A DNA stretch of 64,000 bases from Candidatus Omnitrophota bacterium (GCA_030650425.1 JAUSED010000003.1:263903-327902), one strand, 5' to 3'; shown: positions 21,388 through 31,826, numbered from the stretch's first letter. Program-made: numbers and translations. Notes: generated by a model from the letters alone, not told the origin.

Positions 21388-21546
21388 ATGGTAGAGAGAA
21401 GTGAATTTAAAGGTAAACCGGTTTTAATTATTAAAAGGGATGAAAATGACCAGTATCCGTTTTCATTCGGCCTGAATAAGGCCCGTCTCATTTTGGAGAA
21501 CCTTGAAGAGATCAAAAAATTCGTTCAGGAGCAAGAGTCTAAGTAG
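21388..21546 (+). CDS. hypothetical small protein (52 aa)
   Basis: ATG at 21388 preceded by an AAGGAG RBS (MVERSEFKGKPVLIIKRDEN...). The ORF track's longer 21346 version begins inside the upstream gene. Function unknown. Confidence 0.4.
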   Translation: MVERSEFKGKPVLIIKRDENDQYPFSFGLNKARLILENLEEIKKFVQEQESK

Positions 21547-21606
21547 CAGGGTAAGCGAATAAAGTTGTTGTTTATTTTGGCGCAGTATGTTAATATAGTA
21601 ATAAGG

Positions 21607-21635
21607 TTGACTTAGCGCAGAAAATAGCGTATAAT
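21607..21635 (+). promoter_or_regulatory. consensus sigma70 promoter TTGACT-17-TATAAT upstream of rpsO-pnp
   Basis: TTGACT at 21607-21612, 17-nt spacer, TATAAT at 21630-21635, with an AAGGGGG RBS before the TTG start of rpsO. Confidence 0.6.
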
Positions 21636-21666
21636 ATTTAACTGAGTATAAAGGGGGTGAATAGGT

Positions 21667-21936
21667 TTGGTTTTGGTTAAAGAGAAAAAAGCGAAAATTA
21701 TCGAAGAATTTAAGGTTAATGCCAGAGATACCGGCTCAGCTGAGGTTCAGATCGCGATTTTAACTGAGAGGATTAATCTATTAGGAGGCCATTTTAAGCT
21801 CCATAAAAAAGATTTCCATTCTCGCCGCGGGCTGCTTTCACTTGTAGGCACACGCCGCAAGCTCCTCAACTATCTCAAGAAGAAAGATACCAAGAAGTAT
21901 GAAGAGGTCTTGGGAAAGCTTTCCTTGAGAAAATAA
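21667..21936 (+). CDS. rpsO: 30S ribosomal protein S15
   Basis: 89 aa. ...[38 protein letters not shown]... is typical of S15. TTG start. Confidence 0.9.
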   Translation: MVLVKEKKAKIIEEFKVNARDTGSAEVQIAILTERINLLGGHFKLHKKDFHSRRGLLSLVGTRRKLLNYLKKKDTKKYEEVLGKLSLRK

Positions 21937-21963
21937 ATCGAGGTTTCATCCTAAAATATCATT

Positions 21964-24051
21964 ATGCAAGAAAATACCTTAAAATTTAAATTTGGCAGGA
22001 ATGACTTAGTCTTGGAAACAGGCAAGGTCGCTAAGCAGGCCAATGGCTCAGTAACGATTAGTTACGGTGGGACCGTGGTTTTGGTTACAGCCTGTATGTC
22101 CCGCGAGGTTAGGGAAGGTAGGGATTTTTTCCCCCTAACCGTAGAATATCAGGAGAAGACTTACGCTGCCGGCCGCATACCCGGAGGGTTTTTCAAGCGA
22201 GAAGGCCGGCCTTCAGAGAGCGAGATTCTTACTGCCCGGCTGATTGATCGTCCGATCAGGCCGCTTTTCCCCAAAGGTTTCTTTAACGATGTGCAGGTGA
22301 TGGCGATTGTTTTATCCAGTGATGGAGAAAACGATCCCGATATCTTAGCCGTAAACGGCGCGTCCGCGGCGTTATGCATTTCGGATATTCCCTTTAACGG
22401 CCCGTTGGTCTGCGCTCGTGTGGCTCGTGTAAATAATGAATTAATCATTAATCCTACCTATACGGAGTGGGAAAATTCGGATTTAGAAGTAGTCATCGCC
22501 GCCAATACTAAAGGCGTGGTTATGCTTGAGTCAAAAGCCAAAGAGGTTTCTGAAGCAGAATATCTTGAGGCGGTAAAATTTGGCTACGAACATCTTAAAG
22601 AGCTTATCCATATGCAGCTTGAATTCGCCAAAAAATACGGTAAGCCTAAAGCAAATATTGAATTCAAGAAGATAGATTCGGCATTAGAGAAGAAAATAGA
22701 AGAATTAGCCGGTTCAAGATTGAACGAAGTTTATAAATTAGGCACAAAAGAAGGGCGCGAAGAGGCCGTGCATTTATTAGCCAAGGAATTAGAAGAAAAA
22801 TTGACTGAGGAGGGATTCTTAGCCGAGGATGTCAAGATGGCGCTTGGCGAAGTAGAAAAAGAGCAGGTAAGGGGTAAAATCGTCTCTGAAAATATGCGCA
22901 TTGACGGCCGCGGTTTTAAAGAGATCCGGCCGATTTCCTGCGAGGTTTCCGTTCTTCCGCGCACCCACGGTTCAGCTTTATTTACCCGCGGCCAAACGCA
23001 GAGTTTAGCGGTTACTACTTTGGGCACTGGCGAAGATGAGCAGATGATCGAGGCATTGGAAGGCGAGAAATCCAAGTCTTTTATGCTGCATTATAGTTTT
23101 CCTCCTTTTAGCGTGGGTGAGACCGGCCCTGTGCGCGGACCGGGCAGGCGCGAAATCGGCCATGGCGCGCTAGCGGAAAAATCTCTGCTTGCGGTCATGC
23201 CTTCCAAAGAAAAATTTCCTTACACAGTCAGGGTAGTCTCCGAAATCCTAGAATCAAATGGTTCATCGAGCATGGCGACAGTCTGCGCCGCAGCCTTATC
23301 GTTGATGGACGCGGGAGTCCCGATTAAGGATACAGTAGCCGGAATCGCCCTTGGTCTGATTAAGGAAGGGGAGAAGGCCTTAATTTTAACGGATATCGCC
23401 GGTTTAGAAGACCACTTTGGAGATATGGATTTTAAAGTAGCCGGCACCAGAAAAGGGGTTACTGCCGTGCAATTAGATTTAAAGATTGACGGTATTGATT
23501 TACCTTTGCTTGAGAAATGCTTAGCTCAAAGCCATGAAGGAAGATTATTTATTTTAGATAAAATGAGTGAGGCGCTCACTGCCCCGCGTCAGGAATTGTC
23601 GGTTTACGCGCCGCGTATTGACGTAGTGAAGATTAATACCGAGAAGATAGGCGAGTTGATCGGGCCGGGTGGTAAGAACATCAAAGCGATTATTGCCGCT
23701 ACCGGAGCCAGTGTTGATATTCAAGACGACGGCACTGTTTTAGTCGGCTCTACCGATGCCGCTAAATCGCAGGCAGCAATCAAAATGATTAAAGCGATTA
23801 CCGATGATGTCGAAGTCGGCCGTATATATATAGCTAAGGTAAAACGAATTATGCCCTTTGGCGCATTCTGTGAAATTGCTCCGCGCAAGGAAGGCCTGGT
23901 GCATGTCTCGGAACTGGCGGATAAATTCGTTAAGTCCGTCGAAGAGGTGGTTAAAATCGGCGATGAAATCAAGGTTAAGGTCATCGGCATAGATGAATTA
24001 GGCAGGATCAATCTGAGCAGGAAACAGGCAGAAGCTTTAGATACTAAGTAA
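21964..24051 (+). CDS. pnp: polyribonucleotide nucleotidyltransferase (PNPase)
   Basis: 695 aa. Two RNase PH domains, a KH domain and a C-terminal S1 domain. Conserved rpsO-pnp pairing. Confidence 0.95.
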   Translation: MQENTLKFKFGRNDLVLETGKVAKQANGSVTISYGGTVVLVTACMSREVREGRDFFPLTVEYQEKTYAAGRIPGGFFKREGRPSESEILTARLIDRPIRPLFPKGFFNDVQVMAIVLSSDGENDPDILAVNGASAALCISDIPFNGPLVCARVARVNNELIINPTYTEWENSDLEVVIAANTKGVVMLESKAKEVSEAEYLEAVKFGYEHLKELIHMQLEFAKKYGKPKANIEFKKIDSALEKKIEELAGSRLNEVYKLGTKEGREEAVHLLAKELEEKLTEEGFLAEDVKMALGEVEKEQVRGKIVSENMRIDGRGFKEIRPISCEVSVLPRTHGSALFTRGQTQSLAVTTLGTGEDEQMIEALEGEKSKSFMLHYSFPPFSVGETGPVRGPGRREIGHGALAEKSLLAVMPSKEKFPYTVRVVSEILESNGSSSMATVCAAALSLMDAGVPIKDTVAGIALGLIKEGEKALILTDIAGLEDHFGDMDFKVAGTRKGVTAVQLDLKIDGIDLPLLEKCLAQSHEGRLFILDKMSEALTAPRQELSVYAPRIDVVKINTEKIGELIGPGGKNIKAIIAATGASVDIQDDGTVLVGSTDAAKSQAAIKMIKAITDDVEVGRIYIAKVKRIMPFGAFCEIAPRKEGLVHVSELADKFVKSVEEVVKIGDEIKVKVIGIDELGRINLSRKQAEALDTK

Positions 24052-24052
24052 T

Positions 24053-26209
24053 GTGAGAGAAAGAAGACTCAATGAAATAAAAGGCGTTATCTTGGTTGCC
24101 TTGGGGCTGATGGTTTTAGCCAGCCTCATAAGATTCGAACGTCTTGATTTACCGTTTTACACTTCGTATCCCAATTACCCCCCCAAAAATCTCTTAGGTA
24201 TATTCGGCGCGTATCTTGGCGAGATTATCATCTTCTTATTCGGAAAGCCGACGAGTTTTGTCCTGCCGCTCCTGATCATTTCTTTAGGGGTAAAGTTTTT
24301 CCGCCACCAAAAGCCTTACTTAAGCGCTCCCAGAATACTGGGGATGTTTGTCCTGCTTGTCTCAATCGCCTCTTTTATCGGAATGTTTAATCTGAATAAT
24401 GAATCAGTCAGGTTTTATTATTCGGGATTATTCGGAAGCTTACTCGCTAAATTTATTACTGCCTATTTTAGCCGCCTGGGCAGTTTTATTATTTTTATTA
24501 CCTTCATCTTATTATCTTTGGCGCTTGTTACTGAGATCCTTTTATCTTCTTTATTTAGCGGAGCATTAAATAAGATTAAGGAATTATGCGCCGGTTTTTT
24601 TAAACGCGAGAAGAGAGAAAAGGCAGCTTCGGTTAAGATTAAATCCATCCTTCCTGAAAAGATAGTTCAATCTTTCTCTAAGCCTAAAATAGTTGACGGG
24701 CAGGAATCACTTGTTTCCAAGCCCAAGATCCAGATTAAGGCTAAGCCCGCTGCTTTGGAATTAAAAGTAAAGCCGCAGGAACTTAAAATCGGCGATTATC
24801 ATTTGCCTTCTTTGGACTTGCTTGATTCTCCGCCGCCTTTGGAGGCGCGCCAGATTAAGGGAGATTTGGAAGCCAGCGCCCGCATATTGGAAGAAACGCT
24901 GGAAGATTTCGGCATTTCAGTCAAAGTTACCGATATCGAGCGCGGCCCGGTGATTACCCGCTATGAGCTTGAGCCGGCTCCGGGCGTTAAGGTGAGCCGC
25001 ATAGAAGCCTTGGGTGATGATATTGCCCTGAGTATGAAAGCGCAGTCAGTGAGGATTATCGCGCCTATCCCCGGTAAAGACAGGGTAGGCATTGAAGTTC
25101 CCAATACGCAAAGCACCTTGGTTTTTTTAAAAGAAATACTTGCTTCAGGCGCGTTTCAAGAGGCAGAATCAAAATTGACTCTTCTCTTGGGTAAGGATAT
25201 TGCCGGGAAAACAATCGTTGCCGATCTCGACGATATGCCGCATCTTTTGATTGCCGGAACCACCGGCTCGGGAAAAACAGTATGTATCAATTCTTTAATT
25301 CTTTCGCTTCTTTACAAATGCTCTCCCGCTGATTTAAAATTCGTAATGATTGATCCAAAAATGGTCGAATTGATGCCTTTTGGCGGCCTGCCGCACCTTT
25401 TATGCCCGGTAGTTACCGAAGCAAAGAAAGCAGCCGCGGCGCTTAACTGGGTAGTTAATGAAATGGAGGAGCGTTACCGCCTCTTGGCTAAAGCCGGGAC
25501 AAGAAATATCGGAAGCTACAATGAAAAAGCAGAAAAACTTCCTTATATTGTGGTGGTGGTGGATGAATTTGCCGATCTGATGATTGTTATGCCGGATCAG
25601 ATTGAAACCGCGGTGCAGCGCCTGGCGCAGTTAGCCCGGGCAGTGGGGATCCATCTTATACTGGCTACGCAACGGCCGTCAGTCAATGTGATTACCGGCG
25701 TGATTAAAGCCAATCTTCCGGCGCGTATTTCCTTCAAGGTCGCCTCCAAAGTAGATTCGCGCACGGTCTTGGATATGAACGGCGCGGATAAACTACTCGG
25801 TAAGGGTGATATGCTTTTTCTTAATCCGGGCGCTGAAAAACCTACCCGTATTCAAGGGGCATTAGTGAGCGATAAAGAAATTGACCGAGTGGTAAGTTTT
25901 ATTAAAGAACAGGCCAAACCGGTCTATAATGAAGAGATCGTCAAAGAGCAGCAAAAAAGCGCCTTAAATACCGGAGAGAAAGACGAGTTCTATGATGAAG
26001 CGGTAAAGGTGATTATGGAGAGTAATCAGGCTTCGGTATCGATATTGCAAAGAAGGATGCGCTTAGGTTATACCAGAGCCGCCCGAATTATTGATATGAT
26101 GGAGCTTGACGGGTTAGTCGGCCCTTATGAGGGAAGTAAACCGCGCAGGATTTTAGTTGACCGCGAGGCTTGGCTTAAAGATACTATCGCAGGCTTAGAG
26201 GGTAAATAG
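24053..26209 (+). CDS. ftsK: DNA translocase FtsK
   Basis: 718 aa. N-terminal TM helices, a linker, an FtsK/SpoIIIE ATPase (GTTGSGKT, VVVDEFADLM) and a C-terminal gamma winged-helix. Confidence 0.9.
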   Translation: MRERRLNEIKGVILVALGLMVLASLIRFERLDLPFYTSYPNYPPKNLLGIFGAYLGEIIIFLFGKPTSFVLPLLIISLGVKFFRHQKPYLSAPRILGMFVLLVSIASFIGMFNLNNESVRFYYSGLFGSLLAKFITAYFSRLGSFIIFITFILLSLALVTEILLSSLFSGALNKIKELCAGFFKREKREKAASVKIKSILPEKIVQSFSKPKIVDGQESLVSKPKIQIKAKPAALELKVKPQELKIGDYHLPSLDLLDSPPPLEARQIKGDLEASARILEETLEDFGISVKVTDIERGPVITRYELEPAPGVKVSRIEALGDDIALSMKAQSVRIIAPIPGKDRVGIEVPNTQSTLVFLKEILASGAFQEAESKLTLLLGKDIAGKTIVADLDDMPHLLIAGTTGSGKTVCINSLILSLLYKCSPADLKFVMIDPKMVELMPFGGLPHLLCPVVTEAKKAAAALNWVVNEMEERYRLLAKAGTRNIGSYNEKAEKLPYIVVVVDEFADLMIVMPDQIETAVQRLAQLARAVGIHLILATQRPSVNVITGVIKANLPARISFKVASKVDSRTVLDMNGADKLLGKGDMLFLNPGAEKPTRIQGALVSDKEIDRVVSFIKEQAKPVYNEEIVKEQQKSALNTGEKDEFYDEAVKVIMESNQASVSILQRRMRLGYTRAARIIDMMELDGLVGPYEGSKPRRILVDREAWLKDTIAGLEGK

Positions 26210-26211
26210 GA

Positions 26212-27036
26212 ATGAACGCAGAATCTATCGGAGAAAAGCTAAAAAAGATACGCCAGTCAAAAGGCCTGAGCCTGGAAGATGTGCATAAGAAGACTAAGAT
26301 CCACTTAAACATCCTTAAGGCTATAGAAGGGGAGAGCCTCACTAATTTAAGCCCGATTTATTTAAAAGGTTTCCTAAAGATTTACTGTAGATCTTTAGGG
26401 GTTGACTCCAAGGAGTGCGTTCCTGATTACAAAGAGCCTCAGGCGGCATTTTCAGGTTCTAATTCTTTAGAGCCTAAAGATCAACCTTTAAAATCCCCAT
26501 CTTTCTTGGAAAATGTAAGCCTAAAGCTTAGCTTTTGGCAGCCGGGTAAGAAAATTAAGAAGATAATTATACCTATATTCATTATAGCCGTAGTTGGAAT
26601 AATTTTACTGAAACTAGGGCAATTCATCGCTTCCCGGCCGAGAATTTCTCCGGCAGTCGCGCATAACCAACAGGTGAGGCTGCAAGCCAGGCCAAAAGTA
26701 AAGGCACCAAATATCACCCCATCAACGCCCAAGCTCCAAGTTTTCGCAGCCAAACTTCCTAAAGAAACTACCGGCGGGATAAGTTTAGTGATCAGCGCGA
26801 AAGAGAATTGCCTTGTTTTTGTGAAAGTGGATGGCCGGGTTGTCCTGCACAGGGTTTTAGAGAGAGGCAGGTCAGACAGCTGGAAGGCCAAAGAAAGAAT
26901 AGAGCTTTCTTTAGGCAACGCGGCAGCCGTGGAATTAATCGTTAATGGAGAGCGTTTCGCTAACTTAGGCAGAAGGGGCCAACAGCTAAAGAATATTATT
27001 ATCACCGAGAAAGACGGCTTAAGAATTCCCAGATGA
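26212..27036 (+). CDS. rodZ: RodZ-like cytoskeleton protein (XRE HTH, single TM, C-terminal DUF4115)
   Basis: 274 aa. N-terminal HTH (IGEKLKKIRQSKGLSLEDV), a TM segment and a C-terminal beta-rich domain. Confidence 0.75.
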   Translation: MNAESIGEKLKKIRQSKGLSLEDVHKKTKIHLNILKAIEGESLTNLSPIYLKGFLKIYCRSLGVDSKECVPDYKEPQAAFSGSNSLEPKDQPLKSPSFLENVSLKLSFWQPGKKIKKIIIPIFIIAVVGIILLKLGQFIASRPRISPAVAHNQQVRLQARPKVKAPNITPSTPKLQVFAAKLPKETTGGISLVISAKENCLVFVKVDGRVVLHRVLERGRSDSWKAKERIELSLGNAAAVELIVNGERFANLGRRGQQLKNIIITEKDGLRIPR

Positions 27037-28277
27037 AAGCTAAAATTGGGATATTAAGTTTAGGCTGTCCGAGGAATTTGGTAGATTCGGAAAAGCTCTT
27101 AGGCCGGCTGGATTTAAAAGGGTATTCGGTTGTAGATATAGAAAAGGCCGATGTTGCTTTAATCAACACCTGCGCTTTTATCGAGGAAGCCAAGAAAGAA
27201 TCCATTGCAGCCATCCTGGATTTAGTCGAGCTAAAAAAAGCAGGCAGGTTAAAGAAGATTATTGTTTACGGCTGCCTCGCCCAACGCTACAAAGATGTTT
27301 TAAGAAAAGAGCTTCCTGAAGTCGATGCCTTTATCGGCAAAGTTTCCCTTAATTATAGCTTAAAAAGATTTCCTATTACCCCTAAACACTTCGCTTACTT
27401 AAAAATCTGCGAAGGATGCCTGAATGCTTGTAGTTTTTGCGTAATCCCCAGGATTAAGGGTGAGTTTATAAGCCTTCCCATAAGTTCAATTATTAGCGAG
27501 GTAGAAAAATTTAACCGTGAAAAAATATCCGAGCTGAATATTATCGGGCAGGATATTACCGGCTACGGCCTGGATTTAGGGGGAAAAACAGATTTAGCCT
27601 CTTTGATTTCTCGGATCGTAAAAATAGCCAAAGATATCCATTGGATCCGGTTGCTTTATTTACATCCCGGTAGGATTACCGACGGATTATTAACGGTAAT
27701 TAAGAATGAACCGAAAATCTGTAAGTATATTGATTTACCTGTTCAGCATATCAATGACCGGATGCTTAAGCTGATGAATAGAAAGACTGTTAAAAAAGAG
27801 ATTATGAAAGTTATTGAAAGGATAAGAAAAGCTATTCCGGGAGTAGCCTTACGCACTTCGATTATCGTGGGTTTTCCCGGTGAGACAGATAAAGAGTTTC
27901 AAGAACTGCTTGATTTTGTTAAAGGAACGAGGTTTGAAAGGTTGGGCGCGTTTACTTTTTCGGCGGAAGAGGGAACTCCGGCTTATAGTTTTAATCGGCA
28001 GGTGCCTAAAAAGGTAAAGTCCCAGAGGCTGGATTTGATTATGTCAGCCCAGCAGGAGATAGCTACTGAGTTTAACCGTAAATTTTTAGGAAAATCTCTT
28101 GAAGTTTTGATTGATGAAGAGGATAATGGCACTTACTTAGGCCGCACGCAGTTTGATGCTCCGGAAGTAGACGGTTTGGTTTATATTAAATCTAAGAGGA
28201 AGTTAGAGCCGGGTGATTTTGTCAAAGTAAAAATCAGCGATACTTTAGAATATGATCTTGTCGGGGAGGTAAAATAA
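27033..28277 (+). CDS. rimO: ribosomal protein S12 methylthiotransferase RimO (MiaB-family radical SAM)
   Basis: 414 aa. MTTase N-domain (LGCPRNLVDSE), radical SAM motif CEGCLNACSFC and a C-terminal TRAM domain. Confidence 0.85.
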   Translation: MKAKIGILSLGCPRNLVDSEKLLGRLDLKGYSVVDIEKADVALINTCAFIEEAKKESIAAILDLVELKKAGRLKKIIVYGCLAQRYKDVLRKELPEVDAFIGKVSLNYSLKRFPITPKHFAYLKICEGCLNACSFCVIPRIKGEFISLPISSIISEVEKFNREKISELNIIGQDITGYGLDLGGKTDLASLISRIVKIAKDIHWIRLLYLHPGRITDGLLTVIKNEPKICKYIDLPVQHINDRMLKLMNRKTVKKEIMKVIERIRKAIPGVALRTSIIVGFPGETDKEFQELLDFVKGTRFERLGAFTFSAEEGTPAYSFNRQVPKKVKSQRLDLIMSAQQEIATEFNRKFLGKSLEVLIDEEDNGTYLGRTQFDAPEVDGLVYIKSKRKLEPGDFVKVKISDTLEYDLVGEVK

Positions 28278-28855
28278 TGAATCTTGCGAACAGGCTTACG
28301 ATGCTTAGGATTTTTCTTACCTTTATCTTTATGATTGTTTTATCATGGCAGGGATTATGGGCGAAAGTCGCGGCGTTAATTATTTTTACTCTTGCCGCTC
28401 TGTCGGACCTTTTTGACGGAATGATCGCGCATAAAAGAAACATGGTCACGGATTTCGGACGGCTGATGGATCCTATCGCCGATAAAATACTGGTTCTAGC
28501 GGCATTTGCCGCTTTTTTGCAATTACAGCTGATTGACGCCTGGATGTTCGTGATTATTGTCTCGCGCGAAATACTGATTACCTCTTTACGTTTATTCGCC
28601 TTAAATAAAGGGAAGGTTCTTTCCGCTGCCCGGGCAGGCAAGCATAAGACGGTTTCCCAGATGGCGGTAATATTTTATATTCTAGGTTTTATTGTGGTGA
28701 AAGAATCAGTTAAGACATTCTCCAGCTGGAACCCTGTCTGGGAAGAGTTCTTCCACAACAGTATAAATATTATGATGCTGCTTACAGTCGGGCTTACGCT
28801 TTATTCCGGCCTCTCTTACCTGTGGGAAAATCGCAAAGTAATTACCAAATTATAA
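28277..28855 (+). CDS. pgsA: CDP-diacylglycerol--glycerol-3-phosphate 3-phosphatidyltransferase
   Basis: 192 aa. CDP-alcohol phosphatidyltransferase motif D..DG......G...D...D (SDLFDGMIAH...GRLMDPIADK). Confidence 0.9.
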   Translation: MNLANRLTMLRIFLTFIFMIVLSWQGLWAKVAALIIFTLAALSDLFDGMIAHKRNMVTDFGRLMDPIADKILVLAAFAAFLQLQLIDAWMFVIIVSREILITSLRLFALNKGKVLSAARAGKHKTVSQMAVIFYILGFIVVKESVKTFSSWNPVWEEFFHNSINIMMLLTVGLTLYSGLSYLWENRKVITKL

Positions 28856-29320
28856 ATGTTTAAATCCTTAGTCAGGATGGTCAGCACATTTTTTTATACG
28901 GGATATTTTCCGCTTATCCCGGGCACAGCCGGAAGTCTGGCTGGCATACTCGGATATTTTCTGATAAAAAATAATCTCTTAGTCTATCTTTTTACCCTTA
29001 GTACGTTATTAGTTTTAGGTTTTTTAGTCAGCGGAAGGACGGAAAAGCTGATCGGGAAGAAGGACCCGCCTTGCGTGGTTATCGACGAGGTATGTGGGAT
29101 GCTTTTGGGCCTGCTCTTTGTGCCTTACAATATCAAATTAGTGATTATCGCTTTTTTTATCTTTCGGATATTAGATACGCTTAAGCCGTTTCCCGTGGGT
29201 AGATTAGAAAGATTAAAGGGAAGTTTAGGAATCATGACTGATGATCTTGTCGCGGGTCTTTATACCAATATCATTCTTCAGGCAGTGGTAATGCTTACTT
29301 CACTTTTCCCGCCAAAATAA
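28856..29320 (+). CDS. pgpA: phosphatidylglycerophosphatase A
   Basis: 154 aa. FFYTGYFPLIPGTAGSLAG is typical of PgpA. Follows pgsA. Confidence 0.85.
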   Translation: MFKSLVRMVSTFFYTGYFPLIPGTAGSLAGILGYFLIKNNLLVYLFTLSTLLVLGFLVSGRTEKLIGKKDPPCVVIDEVCGMLLGLLFVPYNIKLVIIAFFIFRILDTLKPFPVGRLERLKGSLGIMTDDLVAGLYTNIILQAVVMLTSLFPPK

Positions 29321-29335
29321 TTTTTCACCTCTTGT

Positions 29336-29803
29336 TTATAAAAATGTTTTTAATAATTGCAGAGCTTTTAAGCTCGCCTGCTTTCTGACAGCGTTACGGT
29401 TACCTTTGAAGATGAATTTTTTACAGGCGTTTTTATTTTTGGAGGAAAGGGCGATGAAGACTGTGCCTACGGGTTTCTGGGGAGTGCCGCCGGTTGGCCC
29501 GGCAATGCCGGTTATGCTGATGCCAAAATCAGCATTAGCCAGCTTTCTCACATTTTGCGCCATGAGCAGGGCGATTTCTCGGGAAACCGCGCCTTTTTTA
29601 CGGATAGTTGAGGCAGGAATGCCTAAAATATCCTCTTTGGCTTGATTGCTATAAGTGGCTAACCCCAGGATAAAATATTTGGAGCTGCCTGAGAATTGCG
29701 TAAGGAGCGAGGAAAGAATCCCGGCAGTGCAGGATTCGGCAGTTCCCAGAGTTTTACCGCTTTTTAACAGGCGCTTATGTAGCTGCATTATAAGGTTTTG
29801 CAT
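29336..29803 (-). CDS. pncC: CinA C-terminal domain protein / nicotinamide-nucleotide amidohydrolase PncC-like
   Basis: 155 aa. LGTAESCTAGILSSLLT...GLATYSNQAK is typical of CinA_C. Convergent with pgpA. Confidence 0.85.
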   Translation of the reverse strand: MQNLIMQLHKRLLKSGKTLGTAESCTAGILSSLLTQFSGSSKYFILGLATYSNQAKEDILGIPASTIRKKGAVSREIALLMAQNVRKLANADFGISITGIAGPTGGTPQKPVGTVFIALSSKNKNACKKFIFKGNRNAVRKQASLKALQLLKTFL

Positions 29804-29836
29804 AATTGTATAATAATTATACTCTTTTTGAGGCTA

Positions 29837-29864
29837 TTGACAAGTTAAGATTTTATGTTATACT
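29837..29864 (+). promoter_or_regulatory. sigma70 promoter with extended -10 (TTGACA-16-TGtTATACT) driving the FMN riboswitch/rib operon
   Basis: TTGACA at 29837-29842 and TGtTATACT ending at 29864, immediately 5' of the riboswitch aptamer. Confidence 0.5.
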
Positions 29865-29878
29865 CCTTTATTAGATTA

Positions 29879-30075
29879 ATCTTCAGGGCAGGGTGGAATT
29901 CCCGACCGGCGGTTACGCGCAAGCGCACACCAATTCATCCGATTGAATTGGGTGTTGCGCAGAAGCGCATACCAATCCTTCTTATAGGATTGGGTGTTGA
30001 GCCCGCGAGCTTCGTATATAACGGAGCAGATCTGGTGAAACTCCAGAGCCGATAGTACAGTCTAGATGGAAGGAG
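29879..30075 (+). ncRNA. FMN riboswitch (RFN element) aptamer
   Basis: Conserved RFN blocks are present: CAGGGCAGGGTGGAATTCCCGACCGGCGGT ... AGCCCGCGAGC ... GGTGAAACTCCAGAGCCGATAGTACAGTCTAGATGGAAGGA. It lies upstream of ribBA. The ORF-track ORF 29855..30055 overlaps it. Confidence 0.9.
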
Positions 30076-30090
30076 ATTAATAATGCTTAT

Positions 30091-30120
30091 GCCCGAAGAT
30101 TTTTTTCGGGCGATTTTTTT
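30091..30120 (+). terminator. intrinsic terminator forming the FMN riboswitch expression platform
   Basis: GCCCGAAGA-TTTTTTTCGGGC hairpin followed by GATTTTTTT, just before the ribBA RBS and ATG at 30130. Confidence 0.7.
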
Positions 30121-30129
30121 AGGGAGACT

Positions 30130-31341
30130 ATGTTTAATACTATTTCAGAAATATTAGAAGACTTAAAAAACGGCAAGATGGTGATCGTGGTTGATGATGA
30201 GGACCGCGAGAACGAAGGCGATTTGGTTATGCCCGCTGTTTTTGTTAAGCCGGAGCATATAAATTTTATGGCGAAATTCGGCCGGGGCCTTATTTGCGTG
30301 CCGATGGAAGAAGAAAGGCTTGCGGCCTTAAATTTAGGGCCGATGTTAAGGGATAGGGCTGTTTATAATCAGGAAGACCCATTTGCTACTGCTTGGATGA
30401 TGTCGGTGGATGCGGCGAAAGGCATAACTACCGGTATATCCGCGGCTGACAGGGCTCGAGCAATCGAAATTTTAATCGACCCTCAATCTAAATCCGAAGA
30501 CCTTATTCGTCCCGGGCATATCTTTCCTTTAAGGGCAAGATCTGGGGGGGTATTGGTGCGCGCAGGCCATACCGAAGCAAGCATTGACCTGATGCGTTTA
30601 AGCGGGCTATATCCTGCAGGGGTAATTTGCGAGATAATGAATGACGACGGTTCAATGGCCCGCCTTCCGCAGCTATTGGAATTTTCTAAAAAGCACAAGT
30701 TGAAGATTTGCTCTATTGCTAACCTTATTGAATACCGCCGTCGGCTCGAGAAATTAATCGAAAAGGTAACAGAGACCAATCTTCCTACGGAATTTGGCGA
30801 GTATGGGCTTATTTTATACCGCGACCTGACCAATAACAAGGTGCATATTGCGTTAACCATCGGTAATTGGAAAGATGAACCGGTTCTGGCGCGTGTGCAC
30901 TCAGAGTGTTTGACTGGAGATGTTTTTGGGTCATTACGTTGCGATTGCGGAAGGCAATTGGAAAAAAGCCTGCGCATCATCGCTCAGGAGGGCAAGGGCG
31001 TTATTCTTTACATGAATCAGGAAGGCCGCGGAATAGGTTTAGTCGAGAAAATCAAGGCCTACAGTTTACAAGACCAGGGTTTGGACACGGTTGAGGCGAA
31101 TGAGGCCTTGGGGCATAAGGCAGACTTACGTGATTATGGTATAGGCGCCCAGATATTAGTGGACTTAGGGATAAAGAATATTCGTTTGCTGACCAATAAT
31201 CCGCGTAAGATTGTGGGATTGGAAGGTTATGGTTTACACGTGGTTGAGCGCGTTGCTTTGGAAATCGAGCCGAATCCGGCTAATTACCGTTATCTAAAGA
31301 CAAAGAAGGAAAAACTGGGGCATGATTTAAATTTAGATTAA
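30130..31341 (+). CDS. ribBA: bifunctional 3,4-dihydroxy-2-butanone-4-phosphate synthase / GTP cyclohydrolase II
   Basis: 403 aa. DHBP synthase N-half ([13 protein letters not shown]) and GCH-II C-half (CDCG...zinc site). Confidence 0.95.
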   Translation: MFNTISEILEDLKNGKMVIVVDDEDRENEGDLVMPAVFVKPEHINFMAKFGRGLICVPMEEERLAALNLGPMLRDRAVYNQEDPFATAWMMSVDAAKGITTGISAADRARAIEILIDPQSKSEDLIRPGHIFPLRARSGGVLVRAGHTEASIDLMRLSGLYPAGVICEIMNDDGSMARLPQLLEFSKKHKLKICSIANLIEYRRRLEKLIEKVTETNLPTEFGEYGLILYRDLTNNKVHIALTIGNWKDEPVLARVHSECLTGDVFGSLRCDCGRQLEKSLRIIAQEGKGVILYMNQEGRGIGLVEKIKAYSLQDQGLDTVEANEALGHKADLRDYGIGAQILVDLGIKNIRLLTNNPRKIVGLEGYGLHVVERVALEIEPNPANYRYLKTKKEKLGHDLNLD

Positions 31342-31358
31342 ACTAAAAGGGAGGTAAA

Positions 31359-31826
31359 ATGGTAAAAACAGTTGAAGGAAATTTAATTGCAAAAGGAAAA
31401 AAGTTTAGCATTGTGGCTTCTCGTTTCAATAATTTTATGACTAAGGAATTAGTTTCCGGTTGCGTGGATACTTTAGTCAGGCATGGCGCAAGCGAGGCGG
31501 ATTTAACCTTGATGTGGGTTCCTGGCGCTTTTGAAATCCCTACTGTCGCGCAGAAATTAGCTAAGAGCAAAAGTTCTGACGCCGTAATTTGTTTGGGAAC
31601 GGTTATCCGCGGGGCAACCCCGCACTTTGATTATATTGCCTCTGAGGTAGCCAAAGGTATAGCCAAGGTTTCTCAAGATAGTGGTATTCCGGTTATCTTC
31701 GGCGTGATTACCGCTGATACGATTGAGCAGGCAGTTGAGCGAGCCGGAACCAAGGATGGAAATAAGGGCCGGGACGCCGCTTTATCCGCGATTGAGATGG
31801 TTAATCTTTTAGAAAAAATTAAATAA
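31359..31826 (+). CDS. ribH: 6,7-dimethyl-8-ribityllumazine synthase
   Basis: 155 aa. ...[13 protein letters not shown]...GAFEIP... lumazine synthase fold. Confidence 0.95.
   Translation: MVKTVEGNLIAKGKKFSIVASRFNNFMTKELVSGCVDTLVRHGASEADLTLMWVPGAFEIPTVAQKLAKSKSSDAVICLGTVIRGATPHFDYIASEVAKGIAKVSQDSGIPVIFGVITADTIEQAVERAGTKDGNKGRDAALSAIEMVNLLEKIK

Noticed and set aside
29855-30055. 66-aa + strand ORF ([66 protein letters not shown])
   Set aside because: It lies entirely within the FMN riboswitch aptamer. Its sequence is explained by the conserved RNA structure and it has no RBS, so it is a spurious ORF.
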